This document shows positions 1 through 10,229 of a stretch of DNA of 64,000 nucleotides, piece after piece; position 1 is the stretch's first letter; every line of letters starts with the position of its first letter. Below the pieces are notes generated by a model. The model searched no databases. It saw only the letters and a program-made list of their open reading frames with translations, and was not told where the DNA came from. Both the position numbers and the translations under genes were made by a program. The DNA is from Malacoraja senta (Eukaryota): assembly GCA_038087875.1 (NCBI GenBank), contig CM075988.1, forward strand, positions 620,001 to 684,000, read 5' to 3'.

Positions 1-135
1 ACTGATAATAAATATCCAGAAAAGAGCACTAAATTTTTGGAATCACCTTAAATCTAGCCCACCAGATACCCTCCAGTTTAAAGCCCATAAAACACAAGAG
101 GGGAGCCCAGAAAAGAGTTCCCTGTGTCAGTTGGT

Positions 136-136
<1 letters not shown>

Positions 137-193
<57 letters not shown>
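137..193. repeat. (AG)n microsatellite
   Basis: Uninterrupted AG dinucleotide run. Confidence 0.97.
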
Positions 194-197
<4 letters not shown>

Positions 198-636
198 TTC
201 AAGCTATCTATATATAATTATGTTGTTTTTACATTTGCGCAAAAACGGTACCCAATAGTGCTACAATTTTCACCACCTGCTGTGCTGCAAATGCAACAAG
301 TTTTGTTCCGATTGGTGGAACATTACAAAAGTTATTAAGGTTTTAAAAATCATAAAAGTGCAGATTGGTCTCCACTTCTTTCAGCAGATTGGTGTTCTCT
401 CCTGTTGTTCACCGGGACAGCGACGCCCCTTCCAGCACCCGCTGTCAACCACCGGCGGCGAGGAGAATAAAGCTGAAGGAGCTGAGTTGGCAGAGTGTGG
501 AGAGTGAGTGCGTCGACCACCACGACGGGACGGGGGCCAGGATCCGCTGAGTGAGGCTGGGGGCTGGGAGCCGGAAGACAGGAGCCATTGAGTGAGGCCG
601 GGGGCCTGAAGCCGGTAGCCGTGAGTGTGGAGCCTG

Positions 637-1206
637 TGTTACGACTCCCGAATGCAGGTGCTTCAGAGCCGCGTAACATAATTCAAAAACCAGGTTCAAG
701 TTCAAAAATAGTTTTAATTATTCAATGGAACACAAAACCCAAACCTGGTTCAAACAACCCAGTCAGGGATATGGATGGACTAACAAACAATTTAACAGTG
801 CTCCAGCCAGCCACGTGATGGACCGTCGAACCGGAGACTCTAAAACCTGCCTAAAGAGATATAACCCTGAAACAAAATACACGAAAACACTAAGGTCAGC
901 CCTTATCCATCCCAATTCAATATTTGTTAATAAGTAATGGTGAAAGTACACAAAGTTCAGGCCTTCCGCAGCTCACTCCAGCAGTCAGCTCACAAGTCAG
1001 GGTCGATGAAGTAGAGACAGAATCCTGGGAGACTCTGGTATTTAAGCTTCAGATGAGTCATCCGTCACCTGATGCAGCTTGGCCAATCAGGTACAGGAGC
1101 CTTTTAACCCCTTGATTCCAGACTCACAGCCACAAGGCTGTAACTCGGGAAAGAAACAGAGAAAGGTAAGTACATAGCCTTCACCAGGGGAGGGAAGCGC
1201 CTAACA
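637..1206 (-). repeat. 3' LTR of the Gmr1-like element
   Basis: Direct repeat of 6204-6765 with a few substitutions and two indels. Preceded on the minus strand by the G-rich tract GGGTGGGGG (PPT-like). Confidence 0.95.
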
Positions 1207-4200
1207 CCCCCACCCAAAGATGCTGAATAAGTTTCGGAAGAAGAGAGAAAAAACACCACCAAATCCCAGAAACTATTCAGGAGCTAAAATACTACTGGCG
1301 CGACAAGGCGTCAGCCAAGACATTATCCTTGCCACGGATATGCCTGACCTCCAGGTTGTAGTCTTGCAGCTGCAAACTCCAGCTCATTAACCGCCGGATC
1401 TTATTCTTCATACTTTTCAAAAATACCAACGGATTATGATCCGTGAGTACGATGACAGGGACATTCGAGGAGCCAACATAAACCTCGAAATGATTCAGAT
1501 AGCAAGGGCTTCTTTCTCAATGGTGGAGTACCACTTCTGATGATGATTAAACTTCTTAGAGAAGTACGAAACTGGATGCTCCACCCCATCTGAATCATCC
1601 TGTAGAAGAACTCCCCCAACCCCACGATCACTAGCATCCACTGCCAGCTTAAATGGACGCTCAAAATCAGGTGCCGCAAGCACAGGTGCGCACACCAGAA
1701 GACTTTTAGTATGATCAAAGGCTTGTTGACACTCTGCGGACCACACAAAAACTACCTTCGGACACAGCAAATCCGTCAAAGGGGCAGCCACTGCAGAGAA
1801 GTTTGGACAGAATCCTCTATAGTACCCAACCATAGCCAGATACCTACGGAGTTCAGTCCTCGAGGTTGGAGCAGGAAATGCGACAATATGCCCCACCTTT
1901 TCCTTGAGAGTGCGAACCTGACCCCGGCCCACCACCTTACCCAGATACGTTACCGTGGCCTGGCCAAACTCACACTTCCCCAGATTGATCGTTAGTTTTG
2001 CCTCCGCTAGACGATGAAATACCTCCTTCAGATGACCGATGTGTTCGATCCACGACCTGGAGCACACAACCAAATCATCAAGGTATGCCTCACAGAAGGA
2101 CAAACCAGACAATACAATGTTCACCAACCGTTGGAAGGTTGCCGGCGCATTGCGCATCCCAAATGCCATTACTGTGTACTGAAGAAAGTTATCAGGACGC
2201 AGAGATCTCCCTCGCCCGCCTAGTCAAAGGAACTTGCCAATACCCTTTTAACAAGTCCAACTTAGACACAAAAGATGCACTTCCCACACGATCCACGCAA
2301 TCCTCCATTCGTGGGAGAGGATAGCAATCCGGCTTAGTTACACCATTCACTTTCCGAAAGTCCGTGCAAAACCTGTCCTCCCCATTAGCCTTCGTAGCCA
2401 GTAGACACGGAGAACTCCACGGACTACAACTAGGTTCAGCAGTGCCATGCCGCAGATAGTCAACCTGACTCCCTAGACGATGACGCCTGTCAGGGTTGAC
2501 CCAATACGGATGCTGTTTAATTGGCGCAGCACCGGCCACGTCAATGTCATGCTGCAGCACAGACGTCTGAGAAGGCACATCCGAGAACAGTGACCCATTT
2601 GACTCCACCAAAGCAAGCAGATCACCCCGCTGACTTTCAGTCAAATGAGACAACCGCAAGGGAAGTGACTCCAAAGCCTCAGAGTTACACAGCCTTCCCT
2701 GGGTCACTGCCACAGACAACCGTGCCTCACCCACATCACCACCCATGTCAGGGGGCAGCACCACTGCAGCCAAAACAGGCTTAGACGAAACCGAAGGACA
2801 CAGCACCTCCCCATCAACCTCCACAGGCTCCTGTTCATGGTACTGCTTCATCATGTTCACATGACAGAGCTGAGTCTTACACCTTCGATCAGGGGTACCA
2901 ATAACATGATCCCTTTCACCAACCTTCTAAACCACCTGATAGGTGGTTAAGAAGGTTGCAGACTGGAACCAGGAATAGGCAACAACACCAGGACCTTGTC
3001 ACCTGGAGAAAAATTCCTACTAGAAGCCTTCCTGTCGAACCACCCCTTCATCCTAGACTGAGCAGAAGCAAGATTACTCATTGCCAGTTCGCATGCCCTC
3101 TTCAGTCTAGACCGAAAGGTACAGACGTGGTCTAAAGTACTACGTTTTGTATCCTCCTGCAACCATTTCTCCTTTAGGACCCTCAACGGACCACGTACAG
3201 TATGCACGAACACCAGGTCAGCAGGACTGAACCCTAAAGACTCCTGCACGACCTCACGCACCGCAAACATAACTAGATGACCCCCCTCATCCCAGTCTTT
3301 TTCAAACTCCAGGCATTAAGTCCACAACATAGATTTCAAAGTCTGGTGAAACCTCTCGAGAGCTCCCTGGCTCTCAGGGTGATACGTACTGGAGTAACAA
3401 TGCTTAACATCTAACAAATTCATTACCTGACCAAAAACCTTCGACATGAAGTTGGAACCTTGGTCACTGCACAACCTTGGGCAAACCGAACAACGAAAAA
3501 AATTTAGTGAGAGACTTCACAATGGTAGGGGCAGTAATTCTACACAAAGGGACCACCTCCGGAAAGCGGGTAGATGCACACATAATTGTCAATAAAAACT
3601 TGTTGCCCACCTTTGTCCGAGGTAGAGGACCCACACAATCAACTAGAATCCGCTCAAACGGCTCACCGACCACAGGGATTGGATATAAAGGCGCAGGAAC
3701 AATCGATTGGTTCGGCTTTCCTGCCACCTGGCAAATGTGACAACACCTGCACTGCTGTTTCACGTCCTTTTTCAACCCTGGCCAAAAGAAATTCCGTAAG
3801 ATCCGGTCATATGTCTTATTGACCCACAAATGTCCACCCAGAGGACCATCATGAGCCAAACAAAGTATCTCGTCCCTATACCGATGAGGTATCACAATCT
3901 GATCAACCACGCTCCAATCATCATGCCCAGATATATCCAAGGGAGACCACTTTCGCATCAGTAAGCCCTCCCTTAGAAAATACCCCTTTGCTGTGGAATC
4001 TATATCCCCCTCAGGCATCGCGCAGTCGAACAGATCAGATTAACCTGGATCACTCTTTTGCTCCTCAACCAGCCGGTCACGTGACAGCGACACCGGCCCA
4101 TTTCCAGACACTATCCCATCTTGAGATGTAGAAACACCCTTCACAACATAGGATCCATCATCCTGATCCCCAAAAATGCTCTCACTCAGGTTCACTACAT

Positions 4201-4974
4201 CGTCAAACTTCGCCTGGCTGTTAGCCATAGCCCTCGTGACAGCACAAGCTGCGAAGACCCTCGGATGCTGCATAGCCAATCTATCAGGACTCTGCACCAT
4301 CGGAACAGCCGTCACCTCAGGAGTAACTAAAACTCTACCTCCTGCCAAGTCATTCCCCAAAATTACTGAAACTCCCCCAACGGGAAAACACGGCCGTAAC
4401 CCAACAGTTACCAGGCCTGAAACCAACTCGGACTCGAGACTCACGGTATGCAAAGGCACTACCATGCCATCCATCCCGAATCCTACCACAGGGACACTTG
4501 ACCCAACCGATGATTCCCCAGAAAACGGCAGTACACTCTCCAATATAAAGGACTGAGTAGCACCAGTATCACGCAAGATGGATACTGGAACTCTATCACC
4601 CCCATCCTCCAGAGAAACAATACCATTCATGATGAACACAGAATAATTCCTACACTCATCAGACTCAGGCACCTCAGGCACCACAGGTGCCTTCTGTGTA
4701 CCCACCAAAGCCACAGGCTTTGCATTTTTCTGCTTCAGAACGGGACACGCCTTTAACATGTGCCCTCTCCCTCTACAATAGTAGCACACAGGACCTTCGT
4801 TAGTCCTCAAATTTCCGTCAACCTTATCAGCTTGGACCTCCTCCTGTATCAACGTGCTGCCACTTGCAGGCACAGAAACACCTTTGACACTGCCACCGGC
4901 GACACCACCACGATCAACCGGCCGTGCATCAAAACTATAGGATCACCCAACAAAATCAGTTTTATGAGTCAATA

Positions 4975-5116
4975 GACTTAGACTTAGACTTAGATTTAGA
5001 TTCCTTTATTGTCATTCAGACCTTTCGGTCTGAACAAAATTTCGTTGCCTGCAGTCATACATATAATAAATAACAAAACACACAATAAACACAAATTAAC
5101 ATCCACAAATTGGCAG
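4975..5116 (-). mobile_element. Short non-LTR retroposon 3' end inserted in gag
   Basis: AATAAA plus a (TCTAAG)n tail on the minus strand, flanked by duplicated AATA. Removing it restores gag DEYVLTHK. Confidence 0.75.
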
Positions 5117-6187
5117 AATACATACTCATCTGCCAACACCCCCAAAGCCTTAGACACCTCATTCACCTTCTGCTCATTAAGGTAAGTAGTAACCCTCTCA
5201 GGGAGACAGTTCTTAAAGTCTTCCATAATCATCAAGGCCTGCAGTTGCCCAATATCCTTCACTCCCTGAGAAACGCACCACCTGTCAAAAAGTGCCTCCT
5301 TCTCCCTAGCAAACTCCACATAAGTCTGACTATCAAACTTCCTAAAGCGCCGGAATTTCTGCCGGTACGCCTCTGGAACTAATTCATAAGCCCTTAATAC
5401 TGTAGACTTCACACACTCATAGTCCAGACTGATTTCAACCGACAAAGACGAGTACACCTCCCGTGCTTAACCCACAAGGACACACTGCAATAGCAAGGTC
5501 CACACGTCCCTAGGCCACTTCTAGGACAAAGCCACCCGTTCAAACACTGTGAAAAACTTGTCTACATCCTTCTCACTAAAGGGGGGAACCAGTCGGATGT
5601 TCTTGCTCATATCAAACTCCCGTTCCCTAGAAGTAACCCGGGAGGAATCCAATTCCTTCTCCCGCAGCCTAATCACTGCCCTCTTGGTTCCTCCTCAGCC
5701 CCACGCAGCTGAATTTCTGCTCTTTTGGTCTCCTCCTCTTGTGAGACTCTTTTGGTCTCCTCCTCTCTCATTGCCAGCTCTAACTCCTTCAACCTAATGA
5801 CTGCCTCCATGTCCTGACCAGGCTGAACAGAAGGTGTGGGACTGTCTGCACAGTCAGGCAAAACCCCACCCTCCACCAACGCAGCCCACAACACCGATTT
5901 AATGGACTGTTTCCTTGAATGTGGGTTAATAGGCACTTCATAGTTCTCAGCGAGAAAAATCAAATGCTCCTTCGTACATCTATCAAACAACTCTCGACTA
6001 GGAGCCTCAATAAAGTCCTTCCCTTTAAACTCCATATCAAATGTAGCACCAAACCACCAGCTAAACCCTGGGCACCAATGCTACCACAAACAGGGAAGAA
6101 AAATTTCCCTCACAACACACAGACTTCCTTAGTCACCAGAAGCCTACCTAAAAAAAAACCCAAAACGTCTAGGGTCCTCAAAACTTA

Positions 6188-6200
6188 GGACGAGCCCCCA
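6188..6200 (-). promoter_or_regulatory. Primer binding site, tRNA-Pro type
   Basis: Minus strand reads TGGGGGCTCGTCC, 3 nt after the 5' LTR. This matches the start of the MLV-type tRNA-Pro PBS. Confidence 0.85.
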
Positions 6201-6203
6201 TTT

Positions 6204-6765
6204 TGTTACGACTCCCGAATGCAGGTACTTCAGAGCCGCGTAACATAATTCAAAAAACAGGTTCAAGTTCAAAAATAGTTTTAATTATTCAATGGAACAC
6301 AAAACCCAAACCTGATTCAAACAACCCAGTCAGGTCCATCACGTGCTCCAGCCAGCCACGTGATGGACCGTCGAACCGTAGACTCTAACACTTGCCTAAA
6401 GAGATATAACCCTGAAACAAAATACACGAAAACACTAAGGTCAGCCCTTATCCGGCCCAATTCAATAATTGTTAATAAGTAATGGTGAAAGTACACAAAG
6501 TTCTATGCCAAGTGGCCAGGCCTTCCGCAGCTCACTCCAGCAGTCAGCTCACAAGTCAGGGTCGACGAAGAAGAGACAGAATCCTGGGAGACTCTGGTAT
6601 TTAAGCTTCAGATGAGTCATCCGTCACCTAACGCAGCTTGGCCAATCGGGTACAGGAGCCTTTTAACCCCCTTGATTCCAGACTCACAGCCACAAGGCCT
6701 GCACTCAGGAAAGAAACAGAGAAAGGTAAGTACATAGCCTTCACCAGGGGGGGAAGCACCTAACA
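6204..6765 (-). repeat. 5' LTR of the Gmr1-like element
   Basis: Direct repeat of 637-1206, followed on the minus strand by the PBS. Confidence 0.95.
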
Positions 6766-7439
6766 GCCTGGACCGGGAGCCGTTGAGTGAGGCTGGAACC
6801 TGGGACGGAGGCCACTGAGTGCAGCCAGAGCCGGGAGCCGCTGTGTGAGGCCGGAGCCGGGGCCAAGAGACGCTGAGTGCAGCCGGAGCCGGGGCCGAGA
6901 ACGATTGAGTGAGGCCGGGGCCAGGTACCACTTCGAGAGGCCGGAGCTGGGAGCCGCTGAGTGCGGCTGGAACCGGGGCTGGGAGATGCTGAGTGAGGTC
7001 GGCACACACACACCCACTCTGCCCCCACAACCACTGCACCCCAACTCCCACCCCACCCACTCACGTCCTTCCCCCACAACTCTCCCCCACCCACACACTC
7101 TCCGACCCCCACACAAACCCCCCAACTGGCCCCCACCTGAAGCCGTCCATTCCCCAGCTGCGAGAAGCTCCCCCGCCACCAGTCCCCGCCTGATGCCGTC
7201 CCTGTCCCCAGCCGCAAGATGCTCCCCACCAGCCCCGTCTGAAGCTGGTGGGCAGCGGCAGTGGTAGGCCACAGCAGCGATTGGCCACACCAGCAGCAAG
7301 GGTGGGCTGCAGCAGAGCTCCCCCCTCCCCACCGGTCCCCATCAGGCCCCGTGTGAAGCCGTCCCACACCCCGGCTACAGAACGATCCTGCCACCGCCTG
7401 CCTGAAGCCGTCCCCTTCTCCATCTGCAATCCATTCAGC

Positions 7440-7790
7440 CCACAACACCTGTACGAGCCCAGGAAAAGTTAATTCGGCCCACAATGTCCATGCTAGCCCT
7501 ACAGAAACCAGTCCCTTCATTCCACAACACCTGTACTAGCCCAAGAAAAGTCCCTTTTGTCCCACAATATCCATACTAGCCCTACAGAAACCAGTCCCTT
7601 CGTTCCACAACACCTGTGCTAGCCCGAGAAAAGTCCCATCGGCCCACAATGTCCATACTAGCCCTACAGAAACCATTCCCTTTGTTCCACAACACCTGTG
7701 CTAACCCAAGAAAAATCCGATCGGCCCACAAAGTCCGTACTAGCCCTCTGGAATCCAGACCCTGCACCCCACAACACCCATACTAGCCCT
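7440..7790. repeat. Tandem repeat, ~82-bp dimeric unit, about 4 copies, inside Helitron H1
   Basis: CCACAACACCTGT recurs at 7440, 7522, 7605 and 7687, alternating with a related CCACAATGTCCATACTAGCCC monomer. Confidence 0.85.
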
Positions 7791-8920
7791 CCAGAAAGCT
7801 CCCCTCCCACCGGCCACCGCCTGAAGCCCTGCCCCTCCACGGCTGCAGGACGCTCCCCCTACACTGCTGGCCCTGCCTGAAGCCTTCCCTCACCCCCTCC
7901 CCCAGCTGCAGGATGCTTTCCCCCCCCATAGGTCCCCACCTGAAGCCTCCCCCCGGCTGCAGGACTTAACCCCCCCCCCACACCGGTCCCCGCCTGAAGC
8001 CATCCCCCTCCCCCTTCAGGTGGGGGGGGGAGTATCCTGTAGCCCGGGGAAGGGGACGGCTTCAGGCGGGGGCCAGTGAGGGGGGGGAGCATCCTGCACT
8101 GGAGGGGGGAGGAAGGGGGAAGATGGAGAGGGGGAGGAGTGGGGGATGGGACAGGAGGGGACGGAGAGGGAGAGGGTATGGGAGTAGAGGGGGAGGGAGG
8201 AGGGTAGGAAGAGAGGAGAGTGGAGGATATTAAGGGAGAGGAGGGAACGGTGGGAGGGGGATGGGAAGAGGAGGGAGTTGGGAGGGGACATTGCGGGGGA
8301 GCGGACATTGAGGGGGAGGGGGGAGAGTGTTGCAGAGACGGGCAAAATATAGTGTACAACTGAGGCGCATTAGGGGGCCCCATGATTGGATGACGGGCGA
8401 ATCACTCGTACTTGGTGTCAACAGCGCATGCAACACGCACGCTGTTGTATCAGATCTAGGATTACAGAGTAGTAGCGGTCAAATATGGGACAAACCAATT
8501 TACCCAATATACAGGATGTCCCAACTAACACGGGACAGTTGGCAACCCTATGCCCCCCCCCCCTTTACATCATCTCCTGCCTCTTATCCCTCACCTTCCT
8601 GACTCTGTCCACACTCCCTCAGCCCAAGTCCAGCCCCCGCCTCATTTCTCCCCCATGTACACTACCATCTTCCCTCTTTGCTCAGTCCAGATGCAGTCTT
8701 CACTTGAAATGTCAACCATTCTCCGGCAGAAGCTGCTAATCCACCATGTTCAGCATTGGCTCTTAAACTATTTGCCAAGTAACCTTTGGGAAATGAAGTT
8801 CTTCCTACTATTACATCCCAACCCTGCAGCTTTTCCTGGAACTGCAGAGTTGAACACGATGGTGTTCCCAAAGTTCTAACAGACAGGAAACAGTTTACAG
8901 CCCAGTAAAATAAACACAAC

Positions 8921-8926
8921 TTTATT
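8921..8926 (-). terminator. Candidate poly(A) signal of the survivin gene
   Basis: AATAAA on the minus strand ~57 nt after the stop codon, followed by GU/U-rich GTTGTGTTTATTTT. Confidence 0.6.
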
Positions 8927-8982
8927 ATCAATATTAACGTTTGCTTTGGAGCTCCATTTCCCCAGTCCCGTCACGGATGAAG

Positions 8983-9078
8983 TCACACTCCAGCTCCAGT
9001 CAGGCTTTCCAGAACCTTCACTCTTGCTGCTTTCACAGATTCTCGATAAACGCTGACTTGCTCAGAGGCAATTTTCTT
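8983..9078 (-). CDS. BIRC5: Survivin (BIRC5-family) coding exon 4, C-terminal helix
   Basis: Acceptor TTTCTTTCCTCGTAG|; phase 0; KKIASEQVSVYRESVKAARVKVLESLTGAGV* (96 nt). Identified mainly by position and phase. Confidence 0.8.
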   Translation of the reverse strand, partial: KKIASEQVSVYRESVKAARVKVLESLTGAGV

Positions 9079-9327
9079 CTACGAGGAAAGAAAAATATTT
9101 TTGAACCTGCATGGCAATCAGAACAAAGCCCAAGGCACACGGAGCACCTCCTGGTTCTCTACAGAGACCATCACTTTCCAACATATCCCCACACCCCACT
9201 TCCTGTTCTGGTTAAAGCTCCCACCCAGCTGCAGGACCTGTAACATTGGAATTACAGAGGTGCCCCTGGAGGGACCCACCCCTGGTCCACAGCCATTTCT
9301 TCCCTCCGGGTCCAAGTGCATTCTCAC

Positions 9328-9445
9328 CACATACAACCTCAGACGCTCCATCTCCAGCCGGAAGAACTCTTCCACCATCAGATCCAACACATCCACTTTC
9401 AATGCAAGGAATTCACAAGCTGGGGAGTGTAGTTGATGTTCCACC
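9328..9445 (-). CDS. BIRC5: Survivin coding exon 3
   Basis: AAG|G...GTG|GTGAGA; 118 nt, the same size as mammalian survivin exon 3. Encodes (W)VEHQLHSPACEFLALKVDVLDLMVEEFFRLEMERLRLYV, including the BIR His and Cys zinc ligands. Confidence 0.93.
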
Positions 9446-9886
9446 CTTTCAGTAGTTCCAGTCGGGTTGGGGGGGGGGGGAAGAATAAAAACAATGAATC
9501 ACACCTCACTACCTTTAACAAATCAAGCTCCAGTTTAATTTTGGGAAGCAGAACAAAGATCGTCAATAGAAAATAGACAATAGCTGCAGGAGTAGGCCAT
9601 TCGTCCCTTCAATGTCTGTAGATGAGACCAGTGAGTTGAAACATAGAAAATAGGTGCTGGACTAGGCCTTTTGGCCCTTCGAGCCAGCACCGCCATTCAA
9701 TACGATCAAGGCTGATCATCCAAAATCAGTACCCCATTCCTGCTTTTTTCCCCCCCATATCCCTCGATTCTGTTAGCCAAATCCAACTCTCTCTTGAAAA
9801 CATCCAGTGAATTGGCTTCCAGAATTGGGGAGCATTACAGAATTGTTAACTTGTTTTACATTTCATCTGAGTTTCCTCACACATAC

Positions 9887-9996
9887 CAAGGCTCGTCTTC
9901 TGGCTGCCAGCTTTCCAACTCCTTCAGACAAAAGAAACACTTGGCGACATCTGGTTCATTCTCAGTCGGACAATGTACAAATCCAGCCTTGGCCAT
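9887..9996 (-). CDS. BIRC5: Survivin coding exon 2, BIR core
   Basis: Pyrimidine tract + GAG|ATG...TG|GTATGT; 110 nt, as in mammals. Encodes [36 protein letters not shown](W). Confidence 0.96.
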
Positions 9997-10229
9997 CTCA
10001 GAGAACAGAGGGACAAGACAGACAGTCATTGGTCAATATGTATTCATTTCTTCTGTCAATATTTTACTGGATAAAACACAAATGGCAATTTGAACTTTTA
10101 TTCTGTTACTTTATCAGTGTTTTGAAGGGAAAGATGGTTTATAAAACATATAACGTAGCCTCCGACTCTGCAGCAAGATTATCTGACTGAAATAACTGCT
10201 TTAGATTCCAACAAGAAACTACGCATGTC

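Larger units (their letters stand above)
637..6765 (-). mobile_element. Full-length Ty3/Gypsy LTR retrotransposon, Gmr1-like (gag-PR-IN-RT-RH), inactivated by stops and frameshifts
   Basis: LTRs at 637-1206 and 6204-6765 (TGTTA...TAACA) with 5-bp TSD GCCTG (632-636, 6766-6770). Minus-strand ORFs give gag (5673-6035, 4996-5457), CCHC knuckle CYYCRGRGHMLKAC, protease LRDTGA (4040-4873), integrase (3464-4018, 2947-3270), and RT YLDD plus RNase H VDAS (2192-2860, 1495-2169). Confidence 0.96.
207..8459 (+). mobile_element. Non-autonomous Helitron H1, interrupted by a Gypsy element at 637-6765
   Basis: Starts A|TCTATATAT. Its ~150 bp 5' module (ATTTGCGCAAAAACGGT...ATAGTGCTACAATTTT...CAAGTTT) is shared with the elements at 44893 and 58944. 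A hairpin CAACAGCG..CGCTGTTG precedes CTAG (8456-8459). The next base is G rather than the expected T, so the 3' end is less certain. Confidence 0.65.

Noticed and set aside
7440..7790. Possible CRISPR-like repeat-spacer array
   Set aside because: The intervening segments are themselves repeats, the context is eukaryotic and there are no cas genes.
6617..8436. Multiple long Pro/Gly-rich ORFs
   Set aside because: GC-rich repeats that lack stop codons; no recognisable domain.
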